NCBI GenBank assembly: GCA_964016885.1
Contig: OZ024740.1
Span: forward strand, 234,298,001 to 234,362,000
Length of the DNA: 64,000 nt
From: Eledone cirrhosa
Lineage: Eukaryota
Direction of reading: 5' to 3'
Shown here piece after piece: positions 1 to 14,229 of this stretch. Position numbers and translations under genes: made by a program. The notes under the pieces were generated by a model. The model was not told where the DNA came from. It was given only the letters and a program-made list of their open reading frames with translations, and made no database searches. Each line of letters begins with the position of its first letter. Positions within the stretch are counted from its first letter, which is position 1.

Positions 1-298
1 TGTTCCAGTTGATCCGATCAACGGAACAGCCTGCTCGCGAAATTAACGTGCAAGTGGCTGAGCATTCTACTGACGCACGTACCCTTAACGTAGTTCGCAG
101 GGAGATTCAGTGTGACACAGAATGTGACAAGACTGGCTCTCTGAATTAAAGGTACAACTCATTTTTTGTTAGCTGAGTTAACTGGAACAACGTGAAATAA
201 AGGGTCTTGCTCAATGACACAACGCGCCGCCGAGAATCGAACCCACGACCTTACGATTGTGAGCCGAACACCTTAACCACAAAGCCACGCACCTTCAC
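1..298 (-). mobile_element. tRNA-derived SINE (family A, CORE-like body), cut by window edge
   Basis: The minus strand starts GTGAAGGTGCGTGGCTTTGTGGTTAAGG (A box) ... GGTTCGATTC (B box), followed by a CORE-like TTGAGCAAGACCCTTTATTTCAC segment. A homologous copy lies at 58370-58690 and fragments at 15270-15355, 44815-44850, 57100-57210 and 61880-61965. Confidence 0.8.
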
Positions 299-589
299 CC
301 GCTTACGCACGCAATCATATAAAACCATACGTGCATACACATGAATACAGAGATACTCATGCACACACAGACGCATATATGTAGATAAGTACGAACATGT
401 TTACACTTGCAAGCTACGGCGAACTAAACACGCAAACAGATTCATAGTTATCCATTAAAAATACATAAAAACAAATGAAAATAAATAGACACCAGCATGG
501 CTGCGTTGATACAAATTTATGGTTATAAAAGTGAATGTAAAATGGTTAAGTCTTATGAGAAAATATTAATAATTCAGTGATAAAAATAA

Positions 590-1075
590 TTGTTTTTGCT
601 TTAGGCACAAGGCCAGCAGTTTTGGGGGAGGGGGAAGTCGATTAAATCGACCTCAGTGCATTACTGGTACTTTATTTTATCAACCCCCCGTAAGTATGAA
701 AGACAAAACTTACCTCGGCGGCATTTGAACTCAGATCGTAAAGGGACGTAATCCTATGCCATAAAGCATATTATTCGACGCATTACCGATACTGCCAATC
801 GACTGCCCTATCGGTGCTAAAAATAATGGTTTCTTATATAGGCACAAGGCCAGCAATTTTTTTTTTTTGGGGGGGGGGGGAGTCGATTAAATCGACCCCA
901 GTGCGTAACTGGTACTTTATTATATCGACCCCGTAAAGATGAAAGGCAAAGTTTCATCCCTCGGCGGGATTTGAACTCAGATCATAAAGGGCCGTAACTC
1001 TATGCTGCAGAGCATGGTGTCCGACCCTCTAGCGATACTGCCAATCCACCGCCCTATCGGTGCTAAAAATAATGA
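590..1075 (-). mobile_element. Two tandem tRNA-derived SINEs (family B, Meta-domain-like)
   Basis: Two copies (590-809, 826-1054) of the most abundant repeat. Each has an A box TGGCAGTATCG, a B box GAGTTCAAATCCC and the body GCCTTTCATCCTTACGGGGTCGATAAAATAAAGTACCAG. They are bounded by repeats of (G)TG(C)TAAAAATAAT. Confidence 0.85.
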
Positions 1076-1596
1076 AAAATGTATTTGGAAGATAAATTTT
1101 GAAATGATATGAGATTGAATAGAAGTAGAATTGGAAACGCACTTTGCCATAACCCTGAGGTCCATAAATCGAAAATACGAGTACGCTCTGTTGCCTAAGT
1201 TTTGCATTTCACCCTAGGCGCAGGAATAGCCGTGTGGTTACAGAGGTTCCTTTGCAACCGCGTGGTTTCAGATTCAGTCCATTGTGAGATATCGGGGGCA
1301 GGTGTCTTTTACTAAAACTTCGTGTTGTTCGGTATCATGTGAGAGAAATTTGGAATATAGAAACTGCGCCGAAGTCCGTTCTATATATATGTGTGAGTGT
1401 GTAGGGCCTCCAAGAGAAATTTTGCAAGGCCGTGCAAGATCCCTTTGGGGCCCGAAGCAGGCAAAGATTTTTCTCAAAATGGATGTTGCATGGTTGCTGT
1501 GGGGCCTTATTAGCTCTTGGGCCCCGGAACAAAGTACCGGCTAGACCCCCCTCCCCCACTCTCATAGGCCTTGTGTGTGTGTGTGTGTGTGTGCGT

Positions 1597-1637
<41 letters not shown>

Positions 1638-2261
1638 TTTGTGTTTACATTTACTGTTTGTTTATGTCTTGTAACTTAGAATTTTCAAGAAGAAGGATCG
1701 ATGTCATCGACTAAATCCTTTCGTGACGATTTACTGCATTTTAGTAGAAAGTCAAATAGTGGTTTCTTTGAAACGGTGTATGATCTATGAATTGAAAGGT
1801 AAAAAAAAGAAAACAACCCTTACGCCACCTACCTGACCTTATGCCAATACGCGTTGCTGAAACATAGTAAATCGTCACGAAAGGATTCAATCTATTATAT
1901 TGACCCGAGTACATATTCTTTTAAGTTTGACATTCAATTCATCGATCCTCTTCCATTCCTGATTGACGTTCCGAACCGATGTACGATGTACGAAATGGCA
2001 AAAAAGGCAAACAGACTGGGCTTTTCGTTCTCCTGTTCGTCTAAACAGAGGTTCTCAAACTTTTTGGGTCGCCGCCTCCCTCACGGACACGTAACACCCT
2101 AAGCGCTCCCAACCCTATTTCTAGAGGGACCTACCTACACGCAAATTGTAAATAACATATCATAAATAAAATCATCAATTTACATATAAATAAATAATAT
2201 AATATATACTATGTATAAATAGATATTATATATTTTTTATTTTACTATATTTATATATAAT

Positions 2262-2560
2262 ACTAGCTGAATTATTCGGCGTGGCCCGGGTTACTGCTGT
2301 TCTTATTCAGATTAGTAAACAATAAATATGAAGATACGTTTTTTTTCTTCTCATAATTATTTCAAAATATCCATATTTAATTTTTAAAAATATAAAATTG
2401 TAATGATAATAGAATTTAGAAATGAACATATGTCAATCTTGAAGCACCTTAGGGTAAACAATATTGTGTAATTTTTTGTTGATGTCCAAAGGAATAAATT
2501 GCTACACACTCACACACGTACACTTTCACCCGACAAAATTTAAATTGTCTGTTTATCAAA
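2262..2560 (-). mobile_element. Non-autonomous Helitron 3' end remnant
   Basis: The minus strand reads ACCCGGGCCACGCCGAATAATTCAGCTAG-T, a degenerate subterminal hairpin plus CTAG. It resembles the end at 42674-42702. The 5' boundary is uncertain. Confidence 0.5.
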
Positions 2561-3217
2561 AAAAAAAAAAAAAAGTTGCGCATCACATTTCATGAAAATT
2601 ATATATGTATATGTGTGTGTGCATGTGTGTGAGTGAGTGAGTGCGTGTGTTTGTGTGTCTGTGCGTGTGTATATATATGTGTGTGTGTGTGAGTGTATGT
2701 GTGTGTGATGTGTGTGTGTGTGAGTGAGTGAATGCGTGTGTTTGTGTGTCTGTGCATGTATATATATACATACGTGTGCGTATATATATATACACACACG
2801 TATATATATATATATATATATATATACTTGGTTAAGAGAGTGGGACTGGCTATGTGCAGTGCCTTTGTTCACTATAAAAGCTTCACGGCACAGGCAATGC
2901 TTTATATCTGGGGATCTCTCTGCACTTGTCGTCACATGGTACCATGGGCCCAGCACTATGTGTCAATAATTGTCGCAAGTGTAGTGTTTGTGCCAGAGTG
3001 TTCAAGTTGCTGGCTGGACTAAAAAGTCACACTCGTTCAGCGCATCGGTAGGGGTTCTCCTACATGGATATAAAGTAGTGGCCGTACTCGAAAACGAGTT
3101 GGCAGTCACCATATATATATATATATATATATATCATCGTCATCATCTTCATCATCATCATCGTTTAACGTCTATCTTCCACGCCAGCATATACTTATAT
3201 ATATATATATATATTAT

Positions 3218-3340
3218 AGGGTGGCCCAAAAGTAAATAAAAAAAATCAATTATGTTTTATAAGAAACAATTTATTCAAAATAAATAAATATGGAAACTTA
3301 AAAATGTCCTATGTATTGCGACTTTTGGGCCACCCTGTAT
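3218..3340. mobile_element. Tc1/mariner-type MITE
   Basis: TIRs AGGGTGGCCCAAAAGT ... ACTTTTGGGCCACCCT flanked by TA. Confidence 0.7.
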
Positions 3341-4740
3341 ATATGTGTGTATGTGTGTGTGTGTATGTATGTAAATATATATATGTGTGTGTGTGTGTGT
3401 GTTGTATTTTAATACAAACATACACAATTTCCATTGATTTTCTATTATAAACACAGACATCGAAATGTATGTGCGCGTGTGCATGTATGGGTGTGTGTGA
3501 GTGAGTGTGTGAGTGTAGGTGTGAGTGTGTGAGTGTGTGTGTGTGAGTGAGTATGTGTGTGAGTGTGATTTTCTCATGGCACTAAACATTGATCACTGTT
3601 TTTTAGGTCAATCTGTCCATGCAACTTGTCTCTTAACTAAAACTAGACATAGCTCACTCGTACACACATTACAACATACACAACAATATATATGAACTGG
3701 CTTCAAATTTGACTTCACCTGAAGGATTTCTCACTGAGAACGAGACAACGAAGAAGCATCTGCGCAGTTGTTGGATTTGTTAGAAATAATAGCCTAATAT
3801 CCATCAAATTACACTTACCCTAAATGGATAATGTTGTTCTAAATACATTATCATATGTCTGCTCCATCTGGGTTGACCTGGAATTAAACAACAACAGTAA
3901 CACTTTATAATATTGTCCCATTTACTCCTTTGGCGTTTATTTTATCTAGATTCAAAAGTTTCTAACTTGATACACCTTTACGTGTATATTTACAACTGTG
4001 TAAATGTACGGACACGATCTCGCCATAAAGGCATTTGTGCAATGCCCGGTGGTTCGTCGGGCGGGGTGAGAAAGAAAAAAACAACAGCTGAAAATATGTC
4101 ACAAATAACTGAAGTCATTATCACTGCACTAAGATTGAAGCGAAAATAGAACGCAGCTTAGCTGTGCAGTCTGTTAGTCAATGTTACCCGGATCCTTGAG
4201 CTAGTTTTAAGACCCTATGCGCTGCTGCAAATATGTATATAAGTATAGACCCGTACCTCCAGATGGAGTCGTAGATGCATTATAGTTACTTCGGCAATTC
4301 TTAGATATATTTTAAAACCTAGTTTGAATCCAGGTTTGAACACATCCAGTGAAAACGAGTGAAAGAGAGAGAGAGAGTGGAGAGTAAGAAAGTGAGAAAG
4401 AGATCTAGAAAAAGAATCGACCCAAGTACTTGATTGGTACTTTTTTTATCGATCTTGAAAGGATGAAAGACAAAATTGACTCCAGAGGGATGAAATTCAG
4501 AGAATTCAGAGAGCCGAAACGAATACCGCACAGCATTCTATCCGACGTTCTAACGACTTTGCCAATTCACCGATACCAAATGTGATTATATGCATATGAG
4601 TATACCGTCTTAATGCTATTCCTAATCAATAAACTATCTATTCAATAGTCTTCATTCTGAACTTAAAGAGTTTCACTTTTTCTCTATATTTACTTTTATA
4701 TTTCCATCTCCGTAATTTACAGTGTCTTTAAAAGTCTAAA

Positions 4741-4958
4741 ATAGAGTCTGTTTGCTTTTTACGCGAACTTGAAGTACTCGAATTCGCTTTAACGCCTCTT
4801 AAAAAAATATTATTAAATATTCACTTTATACTTTGCTATAACGCGTGTGGTTTTTAAATTTTTTATTTATCATTTAAATTAGACTTAACTTACACGAATT
4901 TGCTTTACGCGCCGCGTTCACGAATGCATCTTCGCGTAAAAAGCGAACAGATTGTATT
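4741..4958. mobile_element. Tigger/pogo-like MITE
   Basis: TIRs AGTCTGTTTGCTTTTTACGCG ... CGCGTAAAAAGCGAACAGATTGTA. Confidence 0.6.
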
Positions 4959-5348
4959 CGAAGGAAAATTTCAATTTTGTTAAAAAATAAATTATTATTG
5001 TAAGGTTTAACAGAACCGTTACAGCGTTGGACAAACTGTTTTGTAGCATTTAGTTAGGACTTTCTACCTTCTGGAATCAAATCCTACCGAGATTAACTTT
5101 GCTTTTCATCCTACTGGGATCGATAAACTATAGTACCTGTAAAGTACTAGTATTGTTATAACTGACTCCCCCCTTCCCACACACATATACACATGGGCAT
5201 GAGTCTAAATTAGAAATCCTCATTATTACTTGGCACAAGGCCAGCAATCAGCGGGAAGTGGAAAGTGGATTATGTCGACCCACTACTTTACAGTATAATC
5301 GATTTTCCCCTTGTACCTATGTAAAAAAAAATATTGTTACTGTTGTTA

Positions 5349-5562
5349 GGGGCGGTGGATTGGCAGAATTGGTAGAGGGTCGGACGCCATGCTTTGCAGC
5401 ATAGAGTTACGCCCCTTACGGTTTTAGTTCAAATCCCGCCGAGGTAACTTTGCCTTTCATCCTTACGGGGTTGATAAAATAAAGCACCAGTAATGTACTG
5501 GGGTCGATTTAATCAACTTTCCCCTTCCCTTAAATGTCTTGCCTTGTGCTTATGTTAGAAAA
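5349..5562 (+). mobile_element. Family B SINE
   Basis: Full copy GGCGGTGGATTGGCAG ... GCCTTGTGC. Further copies at 6080-6265 (+), 7103-7325 (+), 16213-16322 (+), 23150-23248 (+) and 27470-27560 (-). Degenerate copies at 4400-4570, 5010-5225, 60755-60900 and 62950-63075. Confidence 0.85.
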
Positions 5563-5683
5563 TATCTTTCATTTTCCTTATTTTATTTCATTTCTATTTC
5601 TTATCAGTGCGTCAGGTTTTTTCCGCTCCATTAATTTGAAAACAATAACTGTTGGTTTGCCTATTTAGAGATTTGTTATTATA

Positions 5684-5890
5684 CTACGAGGGTGAGCTCA
5701 AAAGTTCATAGGCTGACTATGAAGGAGTGATACAAGAGCTATAAAACCTTGCATGCATTAATTTCAACTTTTCTTATTAATAACTGCATTGTTTCTTCCC
5801 AGGGACTAACTATGTTGAAAAATAAACCTCATTAGATCATGCCATGAGAGTATCTTGATCAGCCTATGAACTTTTTAGTCTATCCACGTA
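5684..5890. mobile_element. Mariner-like MITE (~205 bp), copy 1 of 3
   Basis: TIR TACGAGGGT..AAAAGTTCATAGGCTGAC / TCAGCCTATGAACTTTT..CGTA with TA ends. The same internal sequence occurs at 19030-19249 and 22291-22492. Confidence 0.8.
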
Positions 5891-7629
5891 TGTAGTGAAA
5901 TTGACTGTTGGTAGGGTGTGATTAGTTTCTTTTAAAGGGCCAAACCAATTTTTTTTTAATTATGTTTGTTGACAAATTATGTTATAATATAATGAACTTT
6001 ACAAATTGCGACGTGTAAAATGAGGAGAGGGTAGAAAGAGAAAAGCAGTGAATGAGGAAAAAGAAATGGATGGGAAACGCCGATTGGCAGTATCAGTAGC
6101 GGGTCGGACGCTATCCTTTGCAGCATGGAGTTACGACCCTTTACGGTCTTAGTTCAAATCTCGCCAAAGTTAACTTTTCCTTTCATCCTTACGGGGTCGA
6201 TAAAATAAAGTACCAGTAATGCACTGGGGTAATTGCTGGCCTTGTGCCAAAAGTAGAAACAATTATCACAAATGAGACGAGGGCAATGAATTGGCAGAGT
6301 CGTTACAGCGTCGGATAAATTCAACGCTGTATTTCTTCTGGCCGTTTACGTTCTGAGTTCAATTCCCGCCAGGATTAGCTTTGTCTTACCATGCAGATGG
6401 TAACAAGACAGGAAACAGTGAATTTTAGTGCCTTTCTCGGTGGCTTGTCACGACTCTCAGCAGAAAAGTTGGAGCTATGATTTAGATGGCGATGAGTGCT
6501 TTGGATACATGCGAGACTTGTTCACCCCTCTCAAGTCTATGGCAACTAGCTGCAAACTACAATTTCACAGCCTAAAAGCAGATACAGCCAACCCGACGAA
6601 CTTTCGCACAAAATATCGTAGAGTGGGATTGCAGTCAGAACCACGTGAAACGAGAAAACTTTTTAACTGTGCGGTTTTGCTTCCGATCAAACTGGGTCTG
6701 TTACTTCTTCCATTTATGAGTTATAATCTATTAAGATATAGATGGGCTGAAACTACGAGAAATCCTTTCGATGGATACATCAGGCAGTTTTCTACGAATA
6801 CTGTACAACTGATTTAAGACAATTTAATAAAAAGCATATATTAATAATAGTAATAAATACGTAACCTATACATACCCACCAATAGTTTCTTTCGACTACC
6901 TACAAGCGCAAATATTTACAAACTATTCGGAAGATATGGCTTTTTATCCCATTCCCTGGAGTAGTACATCGGACTCTATATTTGGCATAATCAGACTATT
7001 GAGATTGGTCAATTACTTTATCACGCGGTATTGATTGGTTGGACAATCCAAACATGAATTTTAAACATAGAAATTATAGATATTAATATTTATTCACAAT
7101 TTAGGGCGGTGGATTGGCAGTATCGGTAGAGGGTCGGACGCCATGTTTTGCAGCATAGAGTTACGGCCCTTTATGATCTGAATTCAAATCCCGCCAAGGC
7201 TAACTTACCTTTCATCCTCACGGGGGTCGATATAATAAAGTACCAGTCTCGCACTGGGGTCGATTTAATCGACTTCCCCCTTCCCCAAAATTGCTGGCCT
7301 TGTGCCTATATAGGAAACCATTATTTTTTCACAATTTATTGTGCAACTTTTCACAATAGGAACAAATCAATTTTGAGATGTATATAATTTTCTAAAAATT
7401 GCCATCGATAAATTAAGTTGTCCCTTGGTGTTTTGTACAAAACTCAAAAATTAAGTATGTAAGATAAATGGCCTGTGCCATATGATATATTAGATGTATA
7501 GGTGGGAACAGAAGCGTTTATATAAATAGAAACAAAACGAAGGCTGGTACAATATAACGCGTTGGAATAAATGTCGGACATTTAAATTTATTGTAGATGT
7601 TTTAGTATATTTCTGAGAAGATAATTTAA

Positions 7630-7817
7630 TTGTTTCTACTTTAGGCACAAGGCCAGCAATTACCCAGTGTATTACTGGTACTTTTATTTTATCGACCCCG
7701 TAAGGATGGAAGGCAAAGTCAACCTCGGCGGGATTTGAACTCAGATCGTAAAGGGACGTAACTATGCTGTAAAGCATGGAGTCCGACCTTCTACCGATAC
7801 TGCCAATCCACCGCCCT
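7630..7817 (-). mobile_element. Family B SINE (short variant) with TSD
   Basis: Flanked by the direct repeat GAAGATAATTTAAT on both sides. Confidence 0.85.
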
Positions 7818-8099
7818 TGAAGATAATTTAATACTAAATAATTTCAGTTCGTCTAGCTATTATAACGTTATCAACAGAATGGCATCCACCCGCTCATGAT
7901 ATCCATTACTAAACCTTGGAAGGCAGGTTCTAGGTGGTTGGTTTTCAGAGATAATGGCTGCCAGGAATGAGGATGCAAGTCAACACACAAACAGAACACC
8001 AGTAGTTTGTGAGAGAATTATTCGCGTCCGACTGGAAAAAATGAAAGCATTAGTGCGAGGTGTTACCTGAAAAGCAGAAAGAACTATGCCAATATTGAT

Positions 8100-8426
8100 A
8101 TACAGGGGATCCTCGGTTCGCAAACTTAATTCGTTCCTCAAGGATGTTCGTCACCAGAAAAGTGCGTAACCCGAAACTATTTTTCCCATATGAAATGTTG
8201 AGAAAGAAATACAGCGAGAGATAAACTGTGTATGAAAAACAGATTGATATCAACATAGTAACCATAGTAACTAGCTAACACAGCAAATGACGCTTTCCCG
8301 CCGATACTCCCAACTGTTATTGCTGGCTTGCATGTCCGTTCGTCAACCATTCGTCCCGACACCATTCGTCAACCAAGACGTTTTATGTCCGGAAAATGTG
8401 TTCGGGAACCAAAGTCCCACTATATC
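8100..8426. mobile_element. Tigger-like MITE
   Basis: TA-CAGGGGATCCTCGGTTCGC ... GGGAACCAAAGTCCCACTA-TA imperfect TIRs. Confidence 0.55.
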
Positions 8427-9084
8427 TCCAATATTGATAATTTAAGAGAGAGGTGAGTTGGGGTGGGGTGAGGTAGATGCTGTGTAACTTCAAATCACCC
8501 GTGACCGTTCCGACGGTGTTCCAGCCATGATAACACATACTTCTTTTATTTATACATTGTGTATATAAGTAGTGACGTCAAATACTAGTTCAGAGCGCAA
8601 TTACCTTGCTTTACACGAATCCCATGTTCATATCGTTCTATCTGATAGAACCTAGTATGGACAGTACTGACTGATAGTACTGGTTTACAGACCCCTAGCT
8701 ATAGTTATTAAATAGCTTCAATGCTGTGACACAAAAATTAGGAAGTAAGATTTATAATAGAACCTAAGTGGAACCCTTAATACGGCTATGTGTTCGACCC
8801 AGCATTCTCTCTGCACCTCCTGAACCCACATGGTGAGAAAATGTATTGCTCTGCACTCATCTAGATCAAAGCAGCGAGGTTGAAAGAGTGATTCAAACAT
8901 ACAGAACAGGATTGTGCTCTGGGTGTAGTCATTTCTGAGTGACCAGTGATGCAAAACCCTATTGTCTTTCAAGACAGATCGATGCCAAAGAAGAAAAAAA
9001 GGTCACCAGGACTACGTTTCTCCGATGCGATGGTGGGTATGTATCTTTTAAAGCAGAATATAATTTGAGGAAAGCACGAAATGA

Positions 9085-10005
9085 ATTTATTGAAAAGCAA
9101 AAAAAAACAAACCTTATTTAGTAAGAAAAAATAAGAAAAAAAGGGGAAACAAAAAGAAAGAAAGAATAGGGAAATACAGAAAAAAGAGAGAAAGAGAGAA
9201 GAAAAAGAACGGGAAATGGGGAAGAGATGACAAGAGCTCTGGTGTCACAGAAGAAAGGGGGTGAGGGGGGGTGATTGACTTTGGGCCTAGGGCAAGGGGG
9301 AAGGAGTGTTGCGCCCAGGGGACAACACGGCAAAAGCATTCCCCCGGACGATGGCCAGTGACACCCGCTGCAACAGCCTCGCGGGGCTCCCTCCTCAGGC
9401 GGGCCGCCGACGCTCCGATCTTACGGAGGAGATCGGCAGTACGGGGTCCAAATATACTTGAGGTCTCGACGGCGACCAGTGCGAAGAGGAAACGGCCGGA
9501 CAAACCCTGGTATTTGTTTATTTTACGTTCTTCTGCGAGGCGGGCTGCGATACCGGGGTTTGTGGCCGAAGCGACTAGGTTGGAGACGGAGAACGTGTCG
9601 CAGCAGGTGGGAAGAGGGTGATTCCGTCGGGGCGCTTGCCATCTCCGCGGTCTAGGCCTGCTGCCTCCAGTTGAGATGGAAAGCCAACTGCGTCCAGGAT
9701 TCATCTCAATATGTCGTTGAGAGCGGCGTGTCCGGGGAACCGGCCTGCGCTCTGGCGGCAAGACAGAGGGTGCCGGCCGAACTTGTCAACAACTGTGCCG
9801 CAGCGGCATTTATGTGGCTCACACACGCGGAGGCCAAGGCGTTGGGCTACTCCGATGCGAGTGCACTCATCATTAAGTAGGGTACCGGTTGATGAGGAGA
9901 GCACCGAATTGAGCCACGCGGCGCTGTTGGGCTGAGAAGCGGAGCGGAGGCAGGCGAGGCGGTGTTGGTCCAAGTCGGACTCAATCCGCCTGACAGAGGA
10001 CCTGC
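9085..10005 (-). mobile_element. 5'-truncated CRE-clade non-LTR retrotransposon (C-terminal CCHC + restriction-like endonuclease), decayed
   Basis: Across frames the minus strand reads AWLNSV..GTLLNDE..QRLG..CRCG..GRHPLSC..GHAALND..GLDRGDGKRPDGITL..CCDTF..AARLAEERKINKY..AVET..FGP. This is the diagnostic C-terminus of CRE-type RLE elements. It has an in-frame stop and frameshifts, and a pyrimidine-rich 3' UTR with AATAAA. Confidence 0.85.
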
Positions 10006-10354
10006 AATTGATACCGGGAGATTTGGTTGATATTTATAGCAGATCGAGAGTTTGTCTAGAGACTCAACCTCAATGGCTTGGCATGATATACGAGTGTGTC
10101 CTTCAACGTAGGCCGTTTGAAGAGTGTATGATTCTCCATATATGCTTGTGTTTGCATGTGTGCGTATGTTTATCTGTGTATATATGTGGGTGTGTTTCAG
10201 TGTGTGTTTGAGTGTATGTGTGTGTGTGGAGCAGGGTGATGTGTATCTGTCTCAAAATGTTTATCACCTGATTACAGAAGTCAGATATAAATTTATAACG
10301 ATAATAAGTATAATTAACTCAAGAGAGAGAATGGGAATCTAATGAAATGACTGT

Positions 10355-13300
10355 GAAAAAACAACAGCAACAAGAGAAACAACGGCAGCTGCAACAAAAA
10401 CAACAATAACCATAACAACAGCAACAAATTTGGTGATAACGAAAACAGGGACACTAGCAATGACATGAATTATAAAAAAAATATTCTGTGATAGTGACAA
10501 GAACAAGTGCACTGACAGCAACAAAAGAAGTATTGACACAAATAAGAACAGCAGCAACAATAACAACAACAGCAGCAACAATAACAACAACAGCAACAAC
10601 ACCAACAATAACAAAAACAGTAATAACAGCAACACCAACAGTAATAACAACAGTAGCAACAACAACAATTACAACAGCAGCAACAATACCGACACCAACA
10701 GTAATAACAACAGCAGCAACAACAACAATTACAACAGCAGCAACAGTACCGTCACCAACAGTAATAACAACAGCAGCAACAATACCAACGCCAACAGTAA
10801 TAACAACAGCAGTAACAACAACAACAACAAAAACAGCAACAACAACAACAACAACAACAAAAACAGCAGCAGCAACAACAACAATTACAACAGCAGCAAC
10901 AATACCAACGCCAACAGTAATAACAATAGTAATAACAACTACAACAACAACAACAACAAAAACAGCAGCAGCAACAACAACACCAACAGTAATAACAGCA
11001 GCAATAACAGCAACACCAACAGTAATAACAGCAGCAACAACAACACCAACAGTAATAACAGCAGCAATAACAGCAACACCAACAGTAATAACAGCAGCAA
11101 CAACGACACCAACAGTAATAACAGCAGCAATAACAGCAACACAACAGTAATAACAGCAGCAATAACAGCAACACAACAGTAATAACAGCAGCAACAACAA
11201 CACCAACAGTAATAACAGCAGCAATAACAGCAACACAACAGTAATAACAGCAGCAATAACAGCAACACAACAGTAATAACAGAAGCAATAACAGCAACAC
11301 CAACAGTAATAACAGCAGCAATAACAGCAACACAACAGTAATAACAGCAGCAATAACAGCAACACAACAGTAATAACAGCAGCAATAACAGCAACACAAC
11401 AGTAATAACAGCAGCAACAACAACACCAACAGTAATAACAGCAGCAATAACAGCAACACAACAGTAATAACAGCAGCAATAACAGCAACACAACAGTAAT
11501 AACAGAAGCAATAACAGCAACACCAACAGTAATAACAGCAGCAATAACAGCAACACAACAGTAATAACAGCAGCAATAACAGCAACACAACAGTAATAAC
11601 AGCAGCAATAACAGCAACACAACAGTAATAACAGCAGCAACAACAACACCAACAGTAATAACAGCAGCAATAACAGCAACACCAACAGTAATAACAGCAG
11701 CAATAACAGCAACACAACAGTAATAACAGCAGCAATAACAGCAACACAACAGTAATAACAGCAGCAATAACAGCAACACAACAGTAATAAGAGCAGCAAT
11801 AACAGCAACACAACAGTAATAACAGCAGCAATAACAGCAACACAACAGTAATAACAGCAGCAATAACAGCAACACAACAGTAATAACAGCAGCAACAACA
11901 ACACAACAGTAATAACAGCAGCAATAACAGCAACACAACAGTAATAACAGCAGCAATAACAGCAACACAACAGTAATAACAGCAGCAATAACAGCAACAC
12001 AACAGTAATAACAGCAGCAATAACAGCAACACCAACAGTAATAACAGCAGCAATAACAGCAACACAACAGTAATAACAGCAGCAATAACACCAACACAAC
12101 AGTAATAACAGCAGCAATAACAGCAACACCAACAGTAATAACAGCAGCAATAACAGCAACACAACAGTAATAACAGCAGCAATAACAGCAACACCAACAG
12201 TAATAACAGCAGCAATAACAGCAACACAACAGTAATAACAGCAGCAACAACAACACCAACAGTAATAACAGCAGCAATAACAGCAACACAACAGTAATAA
12301 CAGCAGCAATAACAGCAACACAACAGTAATAACAGCAGCAACAACAACACCAACAGTAATAACAGCAGCAATAACAGCAACACCAACAGTAATAACAGCA
12401 GCAATAACAGCAACACAACAGCAATAACAGCAACACCAACAGTAATAACAGCAGCAATAACAGCAACACAACAGTAATAACAGCAGCAATAACAGCAACA
12501 CAACAGTAATAACAGCAGCAATAACAGCAACACAACAGTAATAAGAGCAGCAATAACAGCAACACAACAGTAATAACAGCAGCAATAACAGCAACACAAC
12601 AGTAATAACAGCAGCAATAACAGCAACACAACAGTAATAACAGCAGCAACAACAACACCAACAGTAATAACAGCAGCAATAACAGCAACACAACAGTAAT
12701 AACAGCAGCAATAACAGCAACACAACAGTAATAACAGCAGCAATAACAGCAACACAACAGTAATAACAGCAGCAATAACAGCAACACCAACAGTAATAAC
12801 AGCAGCAATAACAGCAACACAACAGTAATAACAGCAGCAATAACACCATCACAACAGTAATAACAGCAGCAATAACAGCAACACCAACAGTAATAACAGC
12901 AGCAATAACAGCAACACAACAGTAATAACAGCAGCAACAACAACACCAACAGTAATAACAGCAGCAATAACAGCAACACAACAGTAATAACAGCAGCAAT
13001 AACAGCAACACAACAGTAATAACAGCAGCAACAACAACACCAACAGTAATAACAGCAGCAATAACAGCAACACCAACAGTAATAACAGCAGCAATAACAG
13101 CAACACAACAGTAATAACAGCAGCAATAACAGCAACACAACAGTAATAACAGCAGCAACAACAACACCAACAGTAATAACAGCAGCAATAACAGCAACAC
13201 AACAGTAATAACAGCAGCAATAACAGCAACACAACAGTAATAACAGCAGCAACAACAACACCAACAGTAATAACAGCAGCAATAACAGCAACACCAACAG

Positions 13301-14036
13301 TAATAACAGCAGCAATAACAGCAACACAACAGTAATAACAGCAGCAATAAGAGCAGCAATAACAGCAACACAACAGTAATAACAGCAGCAATAACAGCAA
13401 CACAACAGTAATAACAGCAGCAACAACAACACCAACAGTAATAACCGCAGCAATAACAGCAACACCAACAGTAATAACAACAGCAGCAACAACAACAATA
13501 ACAACAACAAAAACAGCAACAACAACAACAACAACAACAACAGCAGCAATAACAGCAACACCAACAGTAATAACAACTGCAACAACAACAACAGCAGCAA
13601 TAACACCAACACCAACAGTAATAACACCAGCAGCAGCAACAACACCAACAACAAAAACAGCAGCAGCAATAACAACAACAACAACAGCAACAACAGCAAC
13701 AACAGCAGCAACAGCAACAACAACAACAATAATAACAACAGCAACAACATCAACAACAGCAGTAACAACTACACCAACAATAACAGCAACATCAGCGGCG
13801 CCAATAATAATAACAACAACAACAACAGCAACAACAACAACAACACCAGCAGCAACAAGGACATCAACAATAACAACAACAGCAGCAACAACAACACCAA
13901 CAATAACAGCAACAGCAATAACAAAAACAGCAGCAACAGCAACAACTGCAACGCCAACAGTAACAACACCAACAACAACACCAACACCAGTAGCAACAAC
14001 AATGACAGCATCAACATCAGCAACAACGCCGACTAT

Positions 14037-14106
<70 letters not shown>

Positions 14107-14200
14107 TCAACAGTAATAGCAACAATAACACCAACATTAACAACAGCAACAACAGCAACAACAGCAACACCAGCAGTAACAACAACAACAATAATGTTAG
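10355..14200. repeat. ~3.8 kb (AAC/AGC/AAT) trinucleotide-derived tract with a central minisatellite of 30/32/33-bp units
   Basis: The core (about 10980-13450) is built of AACAGTAATAACAGCAGCAATAACAGCAACAC (32 bp), a 33-bp variant (+C) and a 30-bp variant (AACAGTAATAACAGCAGCAACAACAACACC). A pure (GCA)n run lies at 14038-14092. Confidence 0.95.
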
Positions 14201-14229
14201 CAGCAAGAGTAAGCAGAACAGTCACTTGA

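Noticed and set aside
230-298. tRNA gene
   Set aside because: A and B boxes are present, but there is no complete cloverleaf and the sequence runs into a repeated SINE body.
6428-6817. 129-aa ORF in unique-looking sequence
   Set aside because: It has a GTG start, no recognisable motif and no splice support.
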